A stretch of 64,000 nucleotides of DNA from Candidatus Hydrogenedentota bacterium (GTDB lineage: Bacteria > Hydrogenedentota > Hydrogenedentia > Hydrogenedentales > SLHB01). The first letter of the stretch is position 1. Every line of letters starts with the position of its first letter. The notes under the pieces are model-generated. The model saw nothing but the letters and a program-made list of their open reading frames with translations, made no database searches and was not told where the DNA came from. Positions 18,582 through 30,573 of the stretch are shown here, piece by piece. The position numbers were made by a program, and so were the translations under genes. The stretch spans positions 67,480 through 131,479 of the forward strand of contig BTWA01000016.1 in NCBI GenBank assembly GCA_045863295.1, read 5' to 3'.

Positions 18582-20579
18582 ATGTTGGGATTCTCTATGG
18601 CTTTTGCCAGCGTTGTCTGGGCTGCGACTGGGACAGCCCCGCAGGAACTCGAGGTCGGTCTGGCGCCCTTTTTTCCACGCCTGGAGCCGCTCTTCGATTC
18701 GCTGGATTTGTCCAGGGCCGAACTTGCGGCCGTGGAGTCGGCGGTTTCCGCGCGGGATTGGGGTCAAGCGTGCGCCGGGCTTGTCGACCATTACCGGCAC
18801 ACCCAAGCCCCCGTGCTTCCGTATGTCTCCGTGACCCCGGCGGGCGAGGATGTTCTTGCCCGTGCCGATGCTGTGTTGCGGGACGAGATGACCTTTTATG
18901 ATCAAACGGCCACCGTGCCGCGCAATGCGGACGGGGGCCTGCAATGGGATTTTACCGGGCCTGCGGGCGACAAGGAATGGGCTTGGGCCTTGAATCGCCA
19001 TTTTCATCTGGACTGGTTGCTTGACGCTTATCTTCAGACGCGGGATCCGAAGTATGCGGCGGCATGGGACGCCCACGTTCGGGACTGGGTACTACACAAT
19101 CCGTTTGCGGAGCCCGAACAGAATCCGCTGGTGTGGCGGGGGCTGGAAACGTTTTTTCGCGTGCGCGCATGGGCTCGCGGATTTTTTGCGCTGCAGAACG
19201 AAGACGCATTCACAGCGGAGACGCGCGTACTGCTCTTGTCGAGCATTCCGGATCATGCACGGTATCTTCGCAATTTTCACAAGGACACGAGCAACTGGAT
19301 CGCCATGGAATTGAATGGCCTCGCCATTGCGGGCGTAGCGTGGCCCGAATTCAAAGATTCGGAATCGTGGGTGAATTACAGTGTGGATCGCCTGACGAAG
19401 GAACTTTCGGCACAAGTATATCCCGACGGTGCGCAGATGGAATTGACGGCCAGTTATCATCGCGTCACCTTGTGGAACTTTCAAGGGTTTGCGGAACTGA
19501 TCGAAAAGAACGGCTACACACTGCCGGACGCCTTCGCGTCGACCGTGGAAAACATGTGGAACTATCTGGCATACACGCTTCAACCCGCCGGATACTCGCC
19601 GCTGAACAACGATTCCGATCTTGATCTGAATGCGCCCCGGTTAATCGATCAGGCCGCCGTCTTCGATCGGCCAGACTGGGCGTACGTTGCCTCAAACGGA
19701 GCGCAAGGAACTCAGCCTAACGGTTCGCCGTCCCGGTCATTTGGCTGGGCAGGGCAACTGATTTCCCGAAGCGGATGGGATCGGGACGCCCATTGGTCCT
19801 TTTTTGACCTTGGGCCCATGGGCATCGGGCACTATCATTTCGACAAGCTTCACTTCTCGTTGTCGGCCCATGGCCGCGACATTCTGGTGGACGGTGGACG
19901 CTACACCTATATGCGTGGAGACTGGCGAAAATACTTTATAGGGTCGGCCAGTCACAACGTGATACTGATCGACGGGCAAGGGCAGTTGAACCACCCGTCA
20001 CAATCCGATTCGCCCTTGGATAGTCAAATGGTGATTGCACGCGATTACGATCTGGCGTACGGCAGATTCGACGGTGGATTCTCGGACGTTCCGGGCGAGG
20101 CTATTCATGAGCGTCTTGTCTACTACCAGCGCGAAGCATTCTGGATTGTAATTGATCGAATTCAGACGGATCGGCCACGGCACATCACTGCGCTCTGGCA
20201 TTTTCATCCGGAATGCACAGTCGCAGTCGACAATCTCGATTGTGTCAGCACGGACGACGCCAAAGGAAATGTGCGGATTGCTCCTTCGGGCACGGCGTGG
20301 TCCGTTGCGGCAGTCAAGGGACAGGAGTCCCCTTCGATTCAAGGATGGTGGAGCCGGGAATACAACCACAAGGCGCCCTCATCCACCGCGGTATACGAAA
20401 TGGATGCGCAGGACTCCGTGGCCTTTGCGTGGTTGCTGCTTCCCGCCAAGGGGATTCCGCCCGCGGCGGCGTTGGATTTATCCATCCATGGAGATACGGC
20501 GGAGTGTACCGTGAAATCGGATGGCCTGAACGAGAAACTTGCGTTTCGATTTACGGCAACGCCTGTGCGAATCGAATAA
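18582..20579 (+). CDS. Heparinase II/III family polysaccharide lyase
   Basis: EWAWALNRH, SNWIAME, QVYPDGAQME, PLNNDSD, GHYHFDKLHF, SHNVILIDG, LWHFHP; signal-like start MLGFSMAFASVVWA. Confidence 0.87.
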   Translation: MLGFSMAFASVVWAATGTAPQELEVGLAPFFPRLEPLFDSLDLSRAELAAVESAVSARDWGQACAGLVDHYRHTQAPVLPYVSVTPAGEDVLARADAVLRDEMTFYDQTATVPRNADGGLQWDFTGPAGDKEWAWALNRHFHLDWLLDAYLQTRDPKYAAAWDAHVRDWVLHNPFAEPEQNPLVWRGLETFFRVRAWARGFFALQNEDAFTAETRVLLLSSIPDHARYLRNFHKDTSNWIAMELNGLAIAGVAWPEFKDSESWVNYSVDRLTKELSAQVYPDGAQMELTASYHRVTLWNFQGFAELIEKNGYTLPDAFASTVENMWNYLAYTLQPAGYSPLNNDSDLDLNAPRLIDQAAVFDRPDWAYVASNGAQGTQPNGSPSRSFGWAGQLISRSGWDRDAHWSFFDLGPMGIGHYHFDKLHFSLSAHGRDILVDGGRYTYMRGDWRKYFIGSASHNVILIDGQGQLNHPSQSDSPLDSQMVIARDYDLAYGRFDGGFSDVPGEAIHERLVYYQREAFWIVIDRIQTDRPRHITALWHFHPECTVAVDNLDCVSTDDAKGNVRIAPSGTAWSVAAVKGQESPSIQGWWSREYNHKAPSSTAVYEMDAQDSVAFAWLLLPAKGIPPAAALDLSIHGDTAECTVKSDGLNEKLAFRFTATPVRIE

Positions 20580-20589
20580 GCCTGGGGAA

Positions 20590-21366
20590 TCAGAACAACT
20601 CGATTTTGGTTGCCGCTACATCCCCCCAGGGCTGAAATGAGCCTGTCACGCGCACGGGCCGGCCCCGCGTTAAATCGGACGCGTCGCCCGTAGGATTCGC
20701 CCCGTCGCCCGGCAGAAAAATGCCGGCCGCGCTGTAGTTCACATGCAGGTTTCCGCCCGGGAGGGCAAGGAAAAACTCCGTTTGCGATGAAACGACGGTG
20801 CCAACTTTACCCACGGCTTGTGCGGTCACGGGCAAATTCGATATGAGGGCTTGCGGGGCAAAGGTGAGCTCCGGGCCGGTTTGATTCACATCGAGGCTGT
20901 TCAGATTCACTTGAATGATGGACTGCCCGGTGCCTTCAAACGGAATCAGACCACTGATGGTTATAGGGTTTCCATTGGTGAAGATTGCTTCCGTATGAAC
21001 GGTACCCAGATCGTTGGCGAATACCAGTTCCAAGGCCGACACGCGCAATTTGATGCTGGAGTAGTTGCCGGGATTAATGAGCGAGAACCCCAATGCCGGC
21101 GGCACGCTGATGGAGGCCTTGAAATCCAATTCCAGCGGTTGATTGTAGATAACCGTTTCCACGTTTGACGCGTCTACCAATGACACTTGATCCACAGTGA
21201 CTTCCATGCGATCCACTGCGGCACCCGCCAGGTCGGTCAACGTAAACATGAGCAACACGCCGTGTTGGGTGTTGGTCAGTAGTGGGCATCCGGTAGTCAT
21301 CAGCAGGCAGATTGCGGCTGCGATTGTCCCCAGAATCCCTACCGTACTCCTTTTGAACTGCCTCAT
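20590..21366 (-). CDS. Lipoprotein, DUF4382/DUF5666-like beta-rich domains
   Basis: Lipobox LLMTTG-C; LTDL..VTVDQVSL and PGNYSSIKL (DUF4382-like); DLTRGRPVRVTG..AATKIEL (DUF5666-like). Confidence 0.65.
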   Translation of the reverse strand: MRQFKRSTVGILGTIAAAICLLMTTGCPLLTNTQHGVLLMFTLTDLAGAAVDRMEVTVDQVSLVDASNVETVIYNQPLELDFKASISVPPALGFSLINPGNYSSIKLRVSALELVFANDLGTVHTEAIFTNGNPITISGLIPFEGTGQSIIQVNLNSLDVNQTGPELTFAPQALISNLPVTAQAVGKVGTVVSSQTEFFLALPGGNLHVNYSAAGIFLPGDGANPTGDASDLTRGRPVRVTGSFQPWGDVAATKIELF

Positions 21367-21545
21367 GGCATTGCACTCCAATGGTCTTTCGGCTAAAGGT
21401 CTCCGGATCCAATTTCCGGGCTGGCAGTTTCCCCTACCCCTGTTGCGCGAAATTCAATGCCTGCTCGGGTATCCTACCTGCAATCCGGGCCGTTGTGCCA
21501 GACGATGCGGCCCCTTCACTTCCAACTTCACCAGGAGGAATCACG

Positions 21546-22307
21546 ATGCCATCGGAATCCTGCCCTGTCGTCATTGTCACCGGCGGCGGCCAAGGCATTG
21601 GCAAATGTGCTGTACGTCGTTTTCTGGAAAAGGGTTACGCGGTCGTATTCGCGGAGAATGACCCGGAAGCCGGGCAGGATACGGAGTCGGAACTTAAGGA
21701 CTTGGGTCCGGTCTGTTGGTTTGCTTGCGATGTTGCTTGCGAGAACCAAGTCGGGGCACTCGTTGCGGAAACGGTAAAGCGGTACGGCGGCGTAAACGTT
21801 TTGGTCAACAATGCGGCGATTGCCGCGAACGGCTCGCTGGAGACGCTCAGTTTGCAGCGCTGGGATCGCGTCCTCGCAGTGAATTTGACTGGACCGTACC
21901 TGTGCGCCCGGCACGCTGTGCCTTACTTGCGCGATCGCAAGGGGTCCATTATCAACGTCGCATCCACCAGGGCGTTTATGTCGGAAGCCGGCACCGAGGC
22001 CTACAGCGCCTCCAAGGGGGGCATCCTTGCGCTAACGCACGCGCTCGCGGCAAGCCTCGCGCCCGAGGTGCGGGTAAATTGCATCAGCCCGGGTTGGATA
22101 GAGACCGCCGAATGGAGGAAATCGTCCGAACGCGGGACCGCGAATCACTCCGAGGCCGACCGGATGCAGCATTGGTCGGGCCGGGTCGGCACGCCTGATG
22201 ATGTCGTATCGCTCATGATGTACTTGGCTGGAGCCGAGTCGGGGTTCATCACGGGGTCGAATTTTGTTGTGGACGGCGGCATGACGCGGAAAATGATCTA
22301 CGCTTGA
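21546..22307 (+). CDS. SDR family oxidoreductase
   Basis: VTGGGQGIG, VNNAA, ASTRA, YSASKGG, VNCISPGWI. Confidence 0.92.
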   Translation: MPSESCPVVIVTGGGQGIGKCAVRRFLEKGYAVVFAENDPEAGQDTESELKDLGPVCWFACDVACENQVGALVAETVKRYGGVNVLVNNAAIAANGSLETLSLQRWDRVLAVNLTGPYLCARHAVPYLRDRKGSIINVASTRAFMSEAGTEAYSASKGGILALTHALAASLAPEVRVNCISPGWIETAEWRKSSERGTANHSEADRMQHWSGRVGTPDDVVSLMMYLAGAESGFITGSNFVVDGGMTRKMIYA

Positions 22308-22325
22308 GGGCCAAGGGTACGGGGG

Positions 22326-25300
22326 CTACTCGGTGCCCTCGAACTTGAACCCAATCGCGTCGGCTAGCGCAAGCACCCCGTCGCGTGCCCCATCCGTGTC
22401 GAACCCGTCCAAGCTGTCCTGTATCCGGCGCAGCAAATCGCGGTGCGCACTCCCTGCGAGCAGCCCCTTCAAGGCCTCCGCCTCGGACATGGCCTGGCCC
22501 AGGTCATGCTCGAGTGAGGCGTACAGACGCAAGGCGGCCGCCTGCACGCGTGCCGGGTCTATCTTAGCGTCTCCCACGGCAACGGCTTCCCCCTCTACTG
22601 GAAGGGCTTTGTCCAACGATGCCGCCAGCGCTGCCAGCGCCGCGGCTAGCGGGGCGTGCATGTTCTCGTCCCCTGGATTGCCGCCTTTCTTCAGGTGGGT
22701 TTCCATGGCCGCGGCCGCGCGTTGAACCTCGGTAGCGCCGATATTGCCGGCCACGCCTTTCACCGTATGAGCAAGTCGCACTGCGTCTTCGTGCTTGTTT
22801 TCTTTCGCCATTCGCAGAATACGGGAAACGCTATCCGCATAGCTTCGGCGGAAATTGCGCAGAAGATTTACATAGAGTGCCTTGTTTCCGGCCACTCGCC
22901 GGAGCCCATCTTCTAGATCAATGCCTTCCACGTGATCTGGAAGCGCCGTTTCGACAGTGGCCGACTCTGATTCAGGAACGGTGTCCCGGTTGCCCAAGCC
23001 CTCCCGGTGCCTGACCCATTCCATCAATGCCGTATACAGGTTGCTTGGATCGATGGGTTTAGCCACGTGATCGTTCATGCCTGCATCCAAACATTTTTGC
23101 CGGTCGCCCGCCATGGCGTTTGCGGTCATTGCGATGATGGGCAGATCATTCCAGCGGTCTTCCGCACGCAATCGGCGTGTCGCTTCGAAGCCGTCCAACA
23201 CAGGCATCTGGCAGTCCATAAAGACAATGTCGTACGGTTTGGCGTGTACGGCATCGATAGCTTCCTGGCCGTTGTTGGCCACTTCGACTTCCAGCCCCGC
23301 GCCCATGAAGAGCTCGATCGCGACCTGTTGATTGATCTCGTTGTCTTCGACTAGAAGCACCCGCGCGCCACTGAGTTTTTCGCGAACCATTCGCTCTCCG
23401 TCGCCAGCCCGATCGGCCTTCAGCGAACTGGAAATGCGTCGTCCAAATACGGACATGATGGTATCGAACAGCGTCGACTGACTCATGGGCTTCAGCAATA
23501 CCGCATCCAACCCGGATTGTTCCACGCGGTGGATCACGCCTTCGCGGCCGTATGCGGTGACCAGAATGATGCACGGCACGTGATAGAGCGTGTCATCCTG
23601 CTTGATTCGGAGTGCGGCATCCACGCCATTCATTCCAGGCATTTTCCAGTCCATCAGAATAAGATCGAATTCTCTCGATCCGCGCGCGTCCTCAATTCGA
23701 TCGAAGCCCTCTTCGGCGCTTGATGCAACCACTACTTCGTAGCCGAACGACGAAAGCATTTCATCCAGAATCTGCAGCGAGTCCTCGTTGTCGTCGACTA
23801 CCAACACTTTCAGGTTACGCAAATCCGGCGCCTGCAGCATTACCGGCTGGGTCTTCTCTTTCGAGAGCTGAAACTCTGCCGTAAACCAGAAAGTGCTGCC
23901 TTCGCCCTGCCGGCTCTCCACGCCAATCTCGCCTTTCATCATTTCGACAAGCCGCTTCGATATGGTCAGTCCCAGGCCGGTGCCGCCGTAGCGGCGAGTG
24001 GTGGAGCTATCCGCTTGTTGAAACGGCTGGAAGAGTCGCGCTTGTTGATCCCCGGTCATGCCAATGCCGGTGTCTTTGATGCCAAAGCGCAGGCGGCAGG
24101 AGTTTCCAGAGCGCTCCAGCACTTCGGCTTCGACCACGATCTGTCCTTGTTGCGTAAATTTCACCGCATTGGAGCACAGATTGATGAGCACTTGCCCGAG
24201 ACGCAACGGATCGCCCACCAAATCGCGGGGTATTTCGCGGGGCACGCGAAATAAAACCTCCAGATTCTCCCGTTCCTGCGCCCGGGCCGTGGTGACATTC
24301 GCGAGATTGTCCAACACGGTATCCAGATTGAAGGGAATGGCTTCCATATCCATCTTGCCCGCTTCGATTTTCGAGAAATCGAGTATGTCATTGATTATGC
24401 CGAGCAACTGATTGGAGGCGCCTTGAATCTTCTGCAGATAATCCCGCTGTTTTGGCGACAAGTCCGTCTTCAATGCGAGATGCGTTAAACCAATCACCGC
24501 ATTCATCGGCGTGCGAATCTCGTGCGACATGGTTGCCAGAAAATCACTCTTCGCTTTATTGGCGGCGTCAGCCGCTTCCTTGGCTTCCGCCAGTTCTGCC
24601 TGAATCCGTTTTAGATCGGTGATATCCGTCGACATTCCCCCGGTGGCGACCACCTCGCCCTCAGGGCCAAAAATCGGAAACTTCACCGAAATATATATCC
24701 GGTTTTCTCCGCGAACCGGAATGATCTCCTCGGCTTCGATGGGAACACGGCCCTCGATCACTTCGTGATCGTTTTTCCGGTACAGATCCGCGACGTCTGC
24801 TGGAAACAGGTCGTAGTCGGTCTTGCCGGTCACCTCGGCATCATGGATCCCAATAACCTCCCACTGTTTGTTCACCAGCAAGTAGCGCCCGTCAACCTCC
24901 TTCGCATAGATAAATGCCGTGCTGTTGTCGATGATCCCGCGCAGAAACTGCCGGTTCTCCTCCAATTCCTCTTGCGCTTTGACTTGATCCGTGATGTCAA
25001 AGTGCAGGCCGGTTAACACGCTCGCGACGCCGGACTCGTCTCGAATGAAGAATCCAGACACAAGCGCGTGTCTAATTTCACCATTGGGCTGGACGATTCG
25101 ATAGGTCAATTCCCAGGTAGAATCGGATTCCACCGCGTGTCGATAGCTTTCCTCCGCGCGGGCTCGATCACCTTCAAATAAGCGGGCTGCCCAGTCGTCG
25201 TATGTTCCGTGAAAATCCTCGGGGCGGATTCCGTAAATTTCCAGCGACCGTGCATCCCACTCGAGTTTCTGTTCGCGTATGTCCCAGTGAAACGTCCCCG

Positions 25301-26675
25301 CTTTGGCCCCGGCGAGCGCCATCTTCAACCTGCGTTCACTGTCTTGAAGCGCCTCCCGGGAAAGGTGTTGCTCCGTAATGTCACGCGTCACCACAACGAC
25401 ATGAGACACTGTCCCGGTCTCATCCGTAAAAGGAATCAGACTGCAGTCGCAGTACCGCTTTTCTGACTTGCCTGCCGGCAACCAAACCTGATAATTCACA
25501 CGCCCGCCCAACAGTGCCTCTTCAAGCGGGCGCCTAAGCTTTTCAGAGTAGGTTGCGTGTCCCCATACGTCGGATACGTGCCTGCCGATGGCCTCTTGGC
25601 GCGAAAAGCCGGTATCCCGGCACCAGGCATCATTGACCGCGTCGTACACGCCGTGCCGGTTAATGAAACTCATGCGTTCCTGTACGGTATTGACGATGAA
25701 CTCGTAGCGCCGCATCAGGCCTTCGGCACGGCGGCGTTCCCGGATTTGCCGTTGCAGGCTTGCGTTCCATGCGCCCACCAACAGCACAACGGCAAGGCCA
25801 ATTGCCACCGCAATTCCGATATAGCGCAGGATCTGCTCGGGCGCAATGCCGTATTCGAAGCGCACCGAAATCCATTTGTTGTAGATTGCGTCATGATCGG
25901 CCTGCGTCATGGAATTGAGCGCTTTTTGGAGGATGGGCACCATTTCCGGCCAGTCTTTTCGCACGGCAACGGCCATTTCCGCGCGTTCGTATGGCGTGGG
26001 TCCCGCCACTTTCAGGTTGGCCAGATTCAACGTTTCGGCGAAGTAACTGAATACCGCTACATTTCCCAGAAACGCGTCCGCCCTTCCCACAGATACCGCT
26101 TGAATGGCCTCGGATTCGGTGTTCGTCTCGTACAAATCCACCAGCGGCCTATCGGCTGCGAGGATTTCATGGGTGTAGTACCCTCGGGGAACCGCCACTG
26201 TTAAGCCGTCGAGATCTTCCACCCGGTGAATATTGGCGTTTTCCGTTCGGGTCACGATGACCAGCGGAAAGGACAGATACGGCTTGGTAAAGGCCAGATA
26301 TTTCGTGCGGTCCGCTGTAATTCCTACGCAAGGAAGCATATCCAATTCGCCGGACTGGATCTTGAGCAGGGCATCGGTCCAAGGGATGCCCGGCACCCGT
26401 TCAAATTGCACACCCAGCCGGCCCGACAGGACGTCGAGATAGTCCGCCACGATCCCTTGAAACTGGTTGTCCTCTACGAACTCAAACGGCCGCCAATCCG
26501 TTTCGGCGGAAAAGCGGATCACGGGATGATCATTCAGCCAGGCTTTTTCCGCGTCGGTGAGCGTGATGGGGCGAGAGGCGGCAGCCGGATCCTGTGCGTA
26601 CACAAAGTACGGCACTGCCGCCTGGCCTATCGCCAGCGACACGAGGAGTATGATGCTACGAATGCGTATCCACAC
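22326..26675 (-). CDS. Hybrid sensor histidine kinase (periplasmic binding domain, 3 PAS, HisKA, HATPase, 2 REC, Hpt)
   Basis: BvgS/EvgS-like PBP domain (DWRPFEF, FTKPYL), TM helix, three PAS/PAC blocks ending [47 protein letters not shown]. Confidence 0.95.
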   Translation of the reverse strand: MWIRIRSIILLVSLAIGQAAVPYFVYAQDPAAASRPITLTDAEKAWLNDHPVIRFSAETDWRPFEFVEDNQFQGIVADYLDVLSGRLGVQFERVPGIPWTDALLKIQSGELDMLPCVGITADRTKYLAFTKPYLSFPLVIVTRTENANIHRVEDLDGLTVAVPRGYYTHEILAADRPLVDLYETNTESEAIQAVSVGRADAFLGNVAVFSYFAETLNLANLKVAGPTPYERAEMAVAVRKDWPEMVPILQKALNSMTQADHDAIYNKWISVRFEYGIAPEQILRYIGIAVAIGLAVVLLVGAWNASLQRQIRERRRAEGLMRRYEFIVNTVQERMSFINRHGVYDAVNDAWCRDTGFSRQEAIGRHVSDVWGHATYSEKLRRPLEEALLGGRVNYQVWLPAGKSEKRYCDCSLIPFTDETGTVSHVVVVTRDITEQHLSREALQDSERRLKMALAGAKAGTFHWDIREQKLEWDARSLEIYGIRPEDFHGTYDDWAARLFEGDRARAEESYRHAVESDSTWELTYRIVQPNGEIRHALVSGFFIRDESGVASVLTGLHFDITDQVKAQEELEENRQFLRGIIDNSTAFIYAKEVDGRYLLVNKQWEVIGIHDAEVTGKTDYDLFPADVADLYRKNDHEVIEGRVPIEAEEIIPVRGENRIYISVKFPIFGPEGEVVATGGMSTDITDLKRIQAELAEAKEAADAANKAKSDFLATMSHEIRTPMNAVIGLTHLALKTDLSPKQRDYLQKIQGASNQLLGIINDILDFSKIEAGKMDMEAIPFNLDTVLDNLANVTTARAQERENLEVLFRVPREIPRDLVGDPLRLGQVLINLCSNAVKFTQQGQIVVEAEVLERSGNSCRLRFGIKDTGIGMTGDQQARLFQPFQQADSSTTRRYGGTGLGLTISKRLVEMMKGEIGVESRQGEGSTFWFTAEFQLSKEKTQPVMLQAPDLRNLKVLVVDDNEDSLQILDEMLSSFGYEVVVASSAEEGFDRIEDARGSREFDLILMDWKMPGMNGVDAALRIKQDDTLYHVPCIILVTAYGREGVIHRVEQSGLDAVLLKPMSQSTLFDTIMSVFGRRISSSLKADRAGDGERMVREKLSGARVLLVEDNEINQQVAIELFMGAGLEVEVANNGQEAIDAVHAKPYDIVFMDCQMPVLDGFEATRRLRAEDRWNDLPIIAMTANAMAGDRQKCLDAGMNDHVAKPIDPSNLYTALMEWVRHREGLGNRDTVPESESATVETALPDHVEGIDLEDGLRRVAGNKALYVNLLRNFRRSYADSVSRILRMAKENKHEDAVRLAHTVKGVAGNIGATEVQRAAAAMETHLKKGGNPGDENMHAPLAAALAALAASLDKALPVEGEAVAVGDAKIDPARVQAAALRLYASLEHDLGQAMSEAEALKGLLAGSAHRDLLRRIQDSLDGFDTDGARDGVLALADAIGFKFEGTE

Positions 26676-26764
26676 GACCGATGCGACCTCATTCCGGTAC
26701 CCAGCCGCGACACGATGAGTAGGTTTGCTTGGGCGCTTACCGGCAAACCCAGCATAGCACTATC

Positions 26765-28507
26765 CTACGCGCGGCGCAGCAATGCGTAGCTGCACGGCGC
26801 GAGATATACATCGTGCCCCGATGTCGTCGTGTTTTTGGAATTGGAGCTCAGCGTGGAACTTTCCCAGTTCAGACCGTGCACGTTGACTTCCGCGGGTTGT
26901 TCGCCGTAGTTCACGAACACAAGGGATTGGTCGAAGACAAATGAAGCCACACGCGAGGGCGCCTTGATATCGAATCCCAGAGGGCCTGTCGCCGTATGCC
27001 GCAGGTAATCCAGCACGTCTTTGGGAATGCCCAGCAATTCGGACGGCACGGGAACGTTGAGCTGCTCGCGAATATCAAACGCCTCATGGCCAAACGTGCC
27101 TAGATTCCAGACGATGGCTCGCCCGCCGCTCGAATATGCCTTGGCGGTGACAAACGGCGTGCGCAACGTCTGGCCGTTGGCTTCTCCAAATTCGGCCCAT
27201 GACAGCACCGCAGCACCGGAGGGAGCCAGATCGCCGGCTACGTGAAACGGCTCGTCGGTCGCGTAGCGAGTGCCGTTGATTACGAAATGCGATACAGCGC
27301 CGCGAGCCCGCTGAAGTCCGGACGACCGGTACCCGAAGAACTCTAATAGATCCGGGTAGGCCGCCATGCGCTCCAATGCCGAAAACGTGGCAATCACGTG
27401 GCGGCCCGCGACAAGCGCGCGCGGAATGGCTTCCCGCACCCGTGCATCCGCTATTCCGTGCGAAGTCACCAGGGTACACCGGTGCGTCGTTGACATTTCA
27501 TGGGCTGGAACGCATGGTATTCCCATCATCCCGAGGTAATCGAACAGGAACAAATCCCCGGCGCCATCAGCATGCAGCGGTTTGATTACATGCACCCCCT
27601 GCGGAGGACTCCATGAATTTCGCAAGGTCTCCAAAGCAGGCGCCGACCTCGTCAGGCGTGTAATCCAACTGCCAGAGAACAATTCCTTGTCATAGCTGAA
27701 CAACACCACTCGCCGGGGCCCGCACAAATGACTGGTTACCGCCTGGTCCTGAAACGTCTGTGCGTCGCAATCCAGGTGGTCGAACCACGCCGCCTCGAGC
27801 TTCTCCCCGGCATGAATCCTCATCCACTCGTAGTTGAGGTAACCCTGATACGGTTCCACGTAGCCGTAATCCAGCGTTGCCGGATCGCGGGTCTCTGTGC
27901 CTTGCCATACTCCGTCGAAGATGGCGGGGAAGCGCTGCGCGTCATAGCCGAATCGGGCATAGCGGTCGTAGTATTGGGGAAACTTGACGATGATTCGCGC
28001 GTTGAGGCTGGCTTGGTGCGCGGCCTTCACCCACTGCTCCGCCACTCGACACAGCAAATCGCGCCGCATCGCGCCCCATTCGCGGCCGATTCGCAATTCG
28101 TCGCAGTGGGGGCAGCGGCAACTGGTCATGAATCCGTCGTCAATCACCACGGTGCCGAATAGGCGCGCCAGTTTGCAGATCTCCTGGCGCAGACTATCGA
28201 CCGTGCCTTCGTCCGAAAAGCAAAATGTATTCAGCCGGGCTTCAAGCCCTTCGGCGCCCTTTCCGAATCCGTGGCCGTTCCAGGGCATGATGCCCCCCAA
28301 CACTTCAAAGCCATGCTCTTGGAAAAACCGTTGAGCCGCGCGCAGAGCGTCTTCGGGGACAATACGCCCTTCGCGAAAACCCTCTATCACGACGCTGCCA
28401 ACGCGCGCTTTTTTAAGCAACGCGGCCGCCTCGGCGCGGGCATCGTCATCAAACAGCGAATCCAACAACGCCGGCGCCGTGATATAGACCGTGAACATTT
28501 CGGACAT
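26765..28507 (-). CDS. Uncharacterised cytoplasmic protein, possible glycoside-hydrolase-like TIM barrel
   Basis: About 580 aa directly behind the Opp operon; FCFSD, VIDDGFMTSCRCPHC, KFPQYY, GTETRDP; no signal peptide. Confidence 0.55.
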   Translation of the reverse strand: MSEMFTVYITAPALLDSLFDDDARAEAAALLKKARVGSVVIEGFREGRIVPEDALRAAQRFFQEHGFEVLGGIMPWNGHGFGKGAEGLEARLNTFCFSDEGTVDSLRQEICKLARLFGTVVIDDGFMTSCRCPHCDELRIGREWGAMRRDLLCRVAEQWVKAAHQASLNARIIVKFPQYYDRYARFGYDAQRFPAIFDGVWQGTETRDPATLDYGYVEPYQGYLNYEWMRIHAGEKLEAAWFDHLDCDAQTFQDQAVTSHLCGPRRVVLFSYDKELFSGSWITRLTRSAPALETLRNSWSPPQGVHVIKPLHADGAGDLFLFDYLGMMGIPCVPAHEMSTTHRCTLVTSHGIADARVREAIPRALVAGRHVIATFSALERMAAYPDLLEFFGYRSSGLQRARGAVSHFVINGTRYATDEPFHVAGDLAPSGAAVLSWAEFGEANGQTLRTPFVTAKAYSSGGRAIVWNLGTFGHEAFDIREQLNVPVPSELLGIPKDVLDYLRHTATGPLGFDIKAPSRVASFVFDQSLVFVNYGEQPAEVNVHGLNWESSTLSSNSKNTTTSGHDVYLAPCSYALLRRA

Positions 28508-28546
28508 AACCGTGCAAGCTCCCAAAAAGTGCCGAATCCCCGCCGT

Positions 28547-29542
28547 CTAGCCTTGCGGAGAAACCGGTTCCGCATGGACATGACACGCCGCGCGATGCCC
28601 GGCGCCTACCGCCGCCAACCGCTGCTCCCGCACACGGCATTCGGCCACCGCATCCGGGCACCGGGGATGAAAATGACACCCGGCCGGTGGATTGATTGGG
28701 CTCGGCGTCTCGCCTCGCAACAGGATGCGCTCTGACTTCGCTCCGGGATGCAATACGGGGACTGCGGACAGCAACGCCTTTGTATACGGATGAACCGGCC
28801 GCTCAAATATCTCGTCCACCGGTCCCATTTCCACTATGCGCCCCAGGTACATGACCGCCACGGCGGTTGAAATATGCCGGACTACACTGAGATCGTGGCC
28901 TATGAACAAATACGTCAAGCCTAGCCGGTTCTGCAATTCTTTCATCAAATTCAATATCTGCGCCTGGATGGATACATCCAGCGCGGATACCGGCTCATCG
29001 GCAACGATTAGCTCCGGCTCAACCGCCAGTGCCCTGGCGATACCGAGGCGTTGACGCTGCCCACCGCTGAATTCGTGCGGATACCGATCCGCCGATTCCG
29101 AGGGTAGGCCCACCATATCCAGCAACTCCGCTACGCGCGCGCCGCGTTTGCCACGCGGCACGATACCGTGCGCACCCATTGCCTCCGTCAATACGGAATA
29201 GACAGTCATGCGGGGATTCAACGAGCCAAACGGATCCTGAAACACAATTTGCATGCGCTTTCGCATGGACCGGAACGCGCGCTGGCTTAACCCTGAAATA
29301 GGCACGCCATCGAACGTGATCCGGCCTGACGTTGGTTCAATCAATCTCAGTATGGCCCGGCCACAGGTGGTCTTTCCGCTGCCGCTTTCCCCTACCAGAC
29401 TCAGTGTTTCACCGCGCCGGATGGCGAAACTGACGTCGTCGACGGCTCGCACGTACCCTTGGATGCGCGACAATGCCCCTCTGCGCACGGGGAAGTGCTT
29501 TACCAGGTTTTCTACTGTCAACAGCGGGCCGTTCGAGTTCAT
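28547..29542 (-). CDS. Oligopeptide/dipeptide ABC transporter ATP-binding subunit (OppF/DppF-like)
   Basis: [36 protein letters not shown]. Confidence 0.95.
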   Translation of the reverse strand: MNSNGPLLTVENLVKHFPVRRGALSRIQGYVRAVDDVSFAIRRGETLSLVGESGSGKTTCGRAILRLIEPTSGRITFDGVPISGLSQRAFRSMRKRMQIVFQDPFGSLNPRMTVYSVLTEAMGAHGIVPRGKRGARVAELLDMVGLPSESADRYPHEFSGGQRQRLGIARALAVEPELIVADEPVSALDVSIQAQILNLMKELQNRLGLTYLFIGHDLSVVRHISTAVAVMYLGRIVEMGPVDEIFERPVHPYTKALLSAVPVLHPGAKSERILLRGETPSPINPPAGCHFHPRCPDAVAECRVREQRLAAVGAGHRAACHVHAEPVSPQG

Positions 29543-30573
29543 GGCCGGCCCGCCTGTGCGTCATGCAACCCAACGGGGCGCCCTTCTTCCTTCATGGCTA
29601 CGGGGTCATGGAGCCAACAGACCGCGGTATGATCTTCCCCGACAAGTATCCCCGGGGGATCGGACTTACACCGTTCCATCGTGTAAAGACATCGTGGGTG
29701 AAACCGGCACCCCGCGGGATAGCGTGTCGCGGGGGGTACAATACCGCGAATGTTGAACAATGTATCGCGCCGCTCCGTCAGGCTCGGCAGGGACCGGAAC
29801 AACCCTTGTGTGTACGGATGTTGGGGCGAATCAAACATGGCCTTTACCGGGGCCTGTTCCACAATCTTGCCTGCGTACATGATGGCGACTTCCTCCGCCA
29901 TTTCCGCCACGATGCCCAGATTGTGCGTGATCAAGAGCACGGCCATGTTGAACTCGGATTGCAGTTGCCGTAGAAGATCAAGGATTTGCGCCTGGATGGT
30001 GACGTCGAGCGCGGTCGTGGGCTCGTCGGCTATCAGGACCTTGGGATTGCAGGCCAATGCCATGGCAATCATTACCCTTTGCCGCATACCTCCAGACATC
30101 TGAAACGGATAGTCGTCCACCCGTTTTTCCGGGGATGAAATGCCTACTTTTCGCAGCATCTCAATCGCCAGATTCCGGGCCTCGAGCTTGGACACGTCGC
30201 GATGCACGCGGATCGCGGAGGCAATTTGGCTCCCCACGCGAAACACCGGATTCAGCGAGGTCATCGGCTCTTGGAAAATCATCGAAATTCCATTGCCGCG
30301 AATCGTGCGCATTGTACTCTCCGGCGTTGTTCGAAGGTTTTTCCCTTCGAACAGAATATCGCCGCTTACGATGCGTCCGGGAGGGCTTGGTATCAGGCGC
30401 ATTATCGAAAGGGACGTCACGCTTTTTCCGCACCCGCTTTCGCCTACCAACGCCAGTGTTTTTCCCTGATGCAAGACAAACGATACGCCGTCGACGGCAC
30501 GGGCCACGCCGTTGTCCGTCCTGAACTCCGTTTTCAATTCCTTTACTTCAAGGGCAATATCCGGTTTGCTCAT
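29539..30573 (-). CDS. Oligopeptide/dipeptide ABC transporter ATP-binding subunit (OppD/DppD-like)
   Basis: [34 protein letters not shown]; 4-bp overlaps with both neighbours. Confidence 0.95.
   Translation of the reverse strand: MSKPDIALEVKELKTEFRTDNGVARAVDGVSFVLHQGKTLALVGESGCGKSVTSLSIMRLIPSPPGRIVSGDILFEGKNLRTTPESTMRTIRGNGISMIFQEPMTSLNPVFRVGSQIASAIRVHRDVSKLEARNLAIEMLRKVGISSPEKRVDDYPFQMSGGMRQRVMIAMALACNPKVLIADEPTTALDVTIQAQILDLLRQLQSEFNMAVLLITHNLGIVAEMAEEVAIMYAGKIVEQAPVKAMFDSPQHPYTQGLFRSLPSLTERRDTLFNIRGIVPPATRYPAGCRFHPRCLYTMERCKSDPPGILVGEDHTAVCWLHDPVAMKEEGRPVGLHDAQAGRP

Noticed and set aside
21367..21545. Possible riboswitch (for example c-di-GMP) between the divergent lipoprotein and SDR genes
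   Set aside because: Small hairpins only; the conserved aptamer motifs could not be matched by eye, and an Rfam scan would be needed
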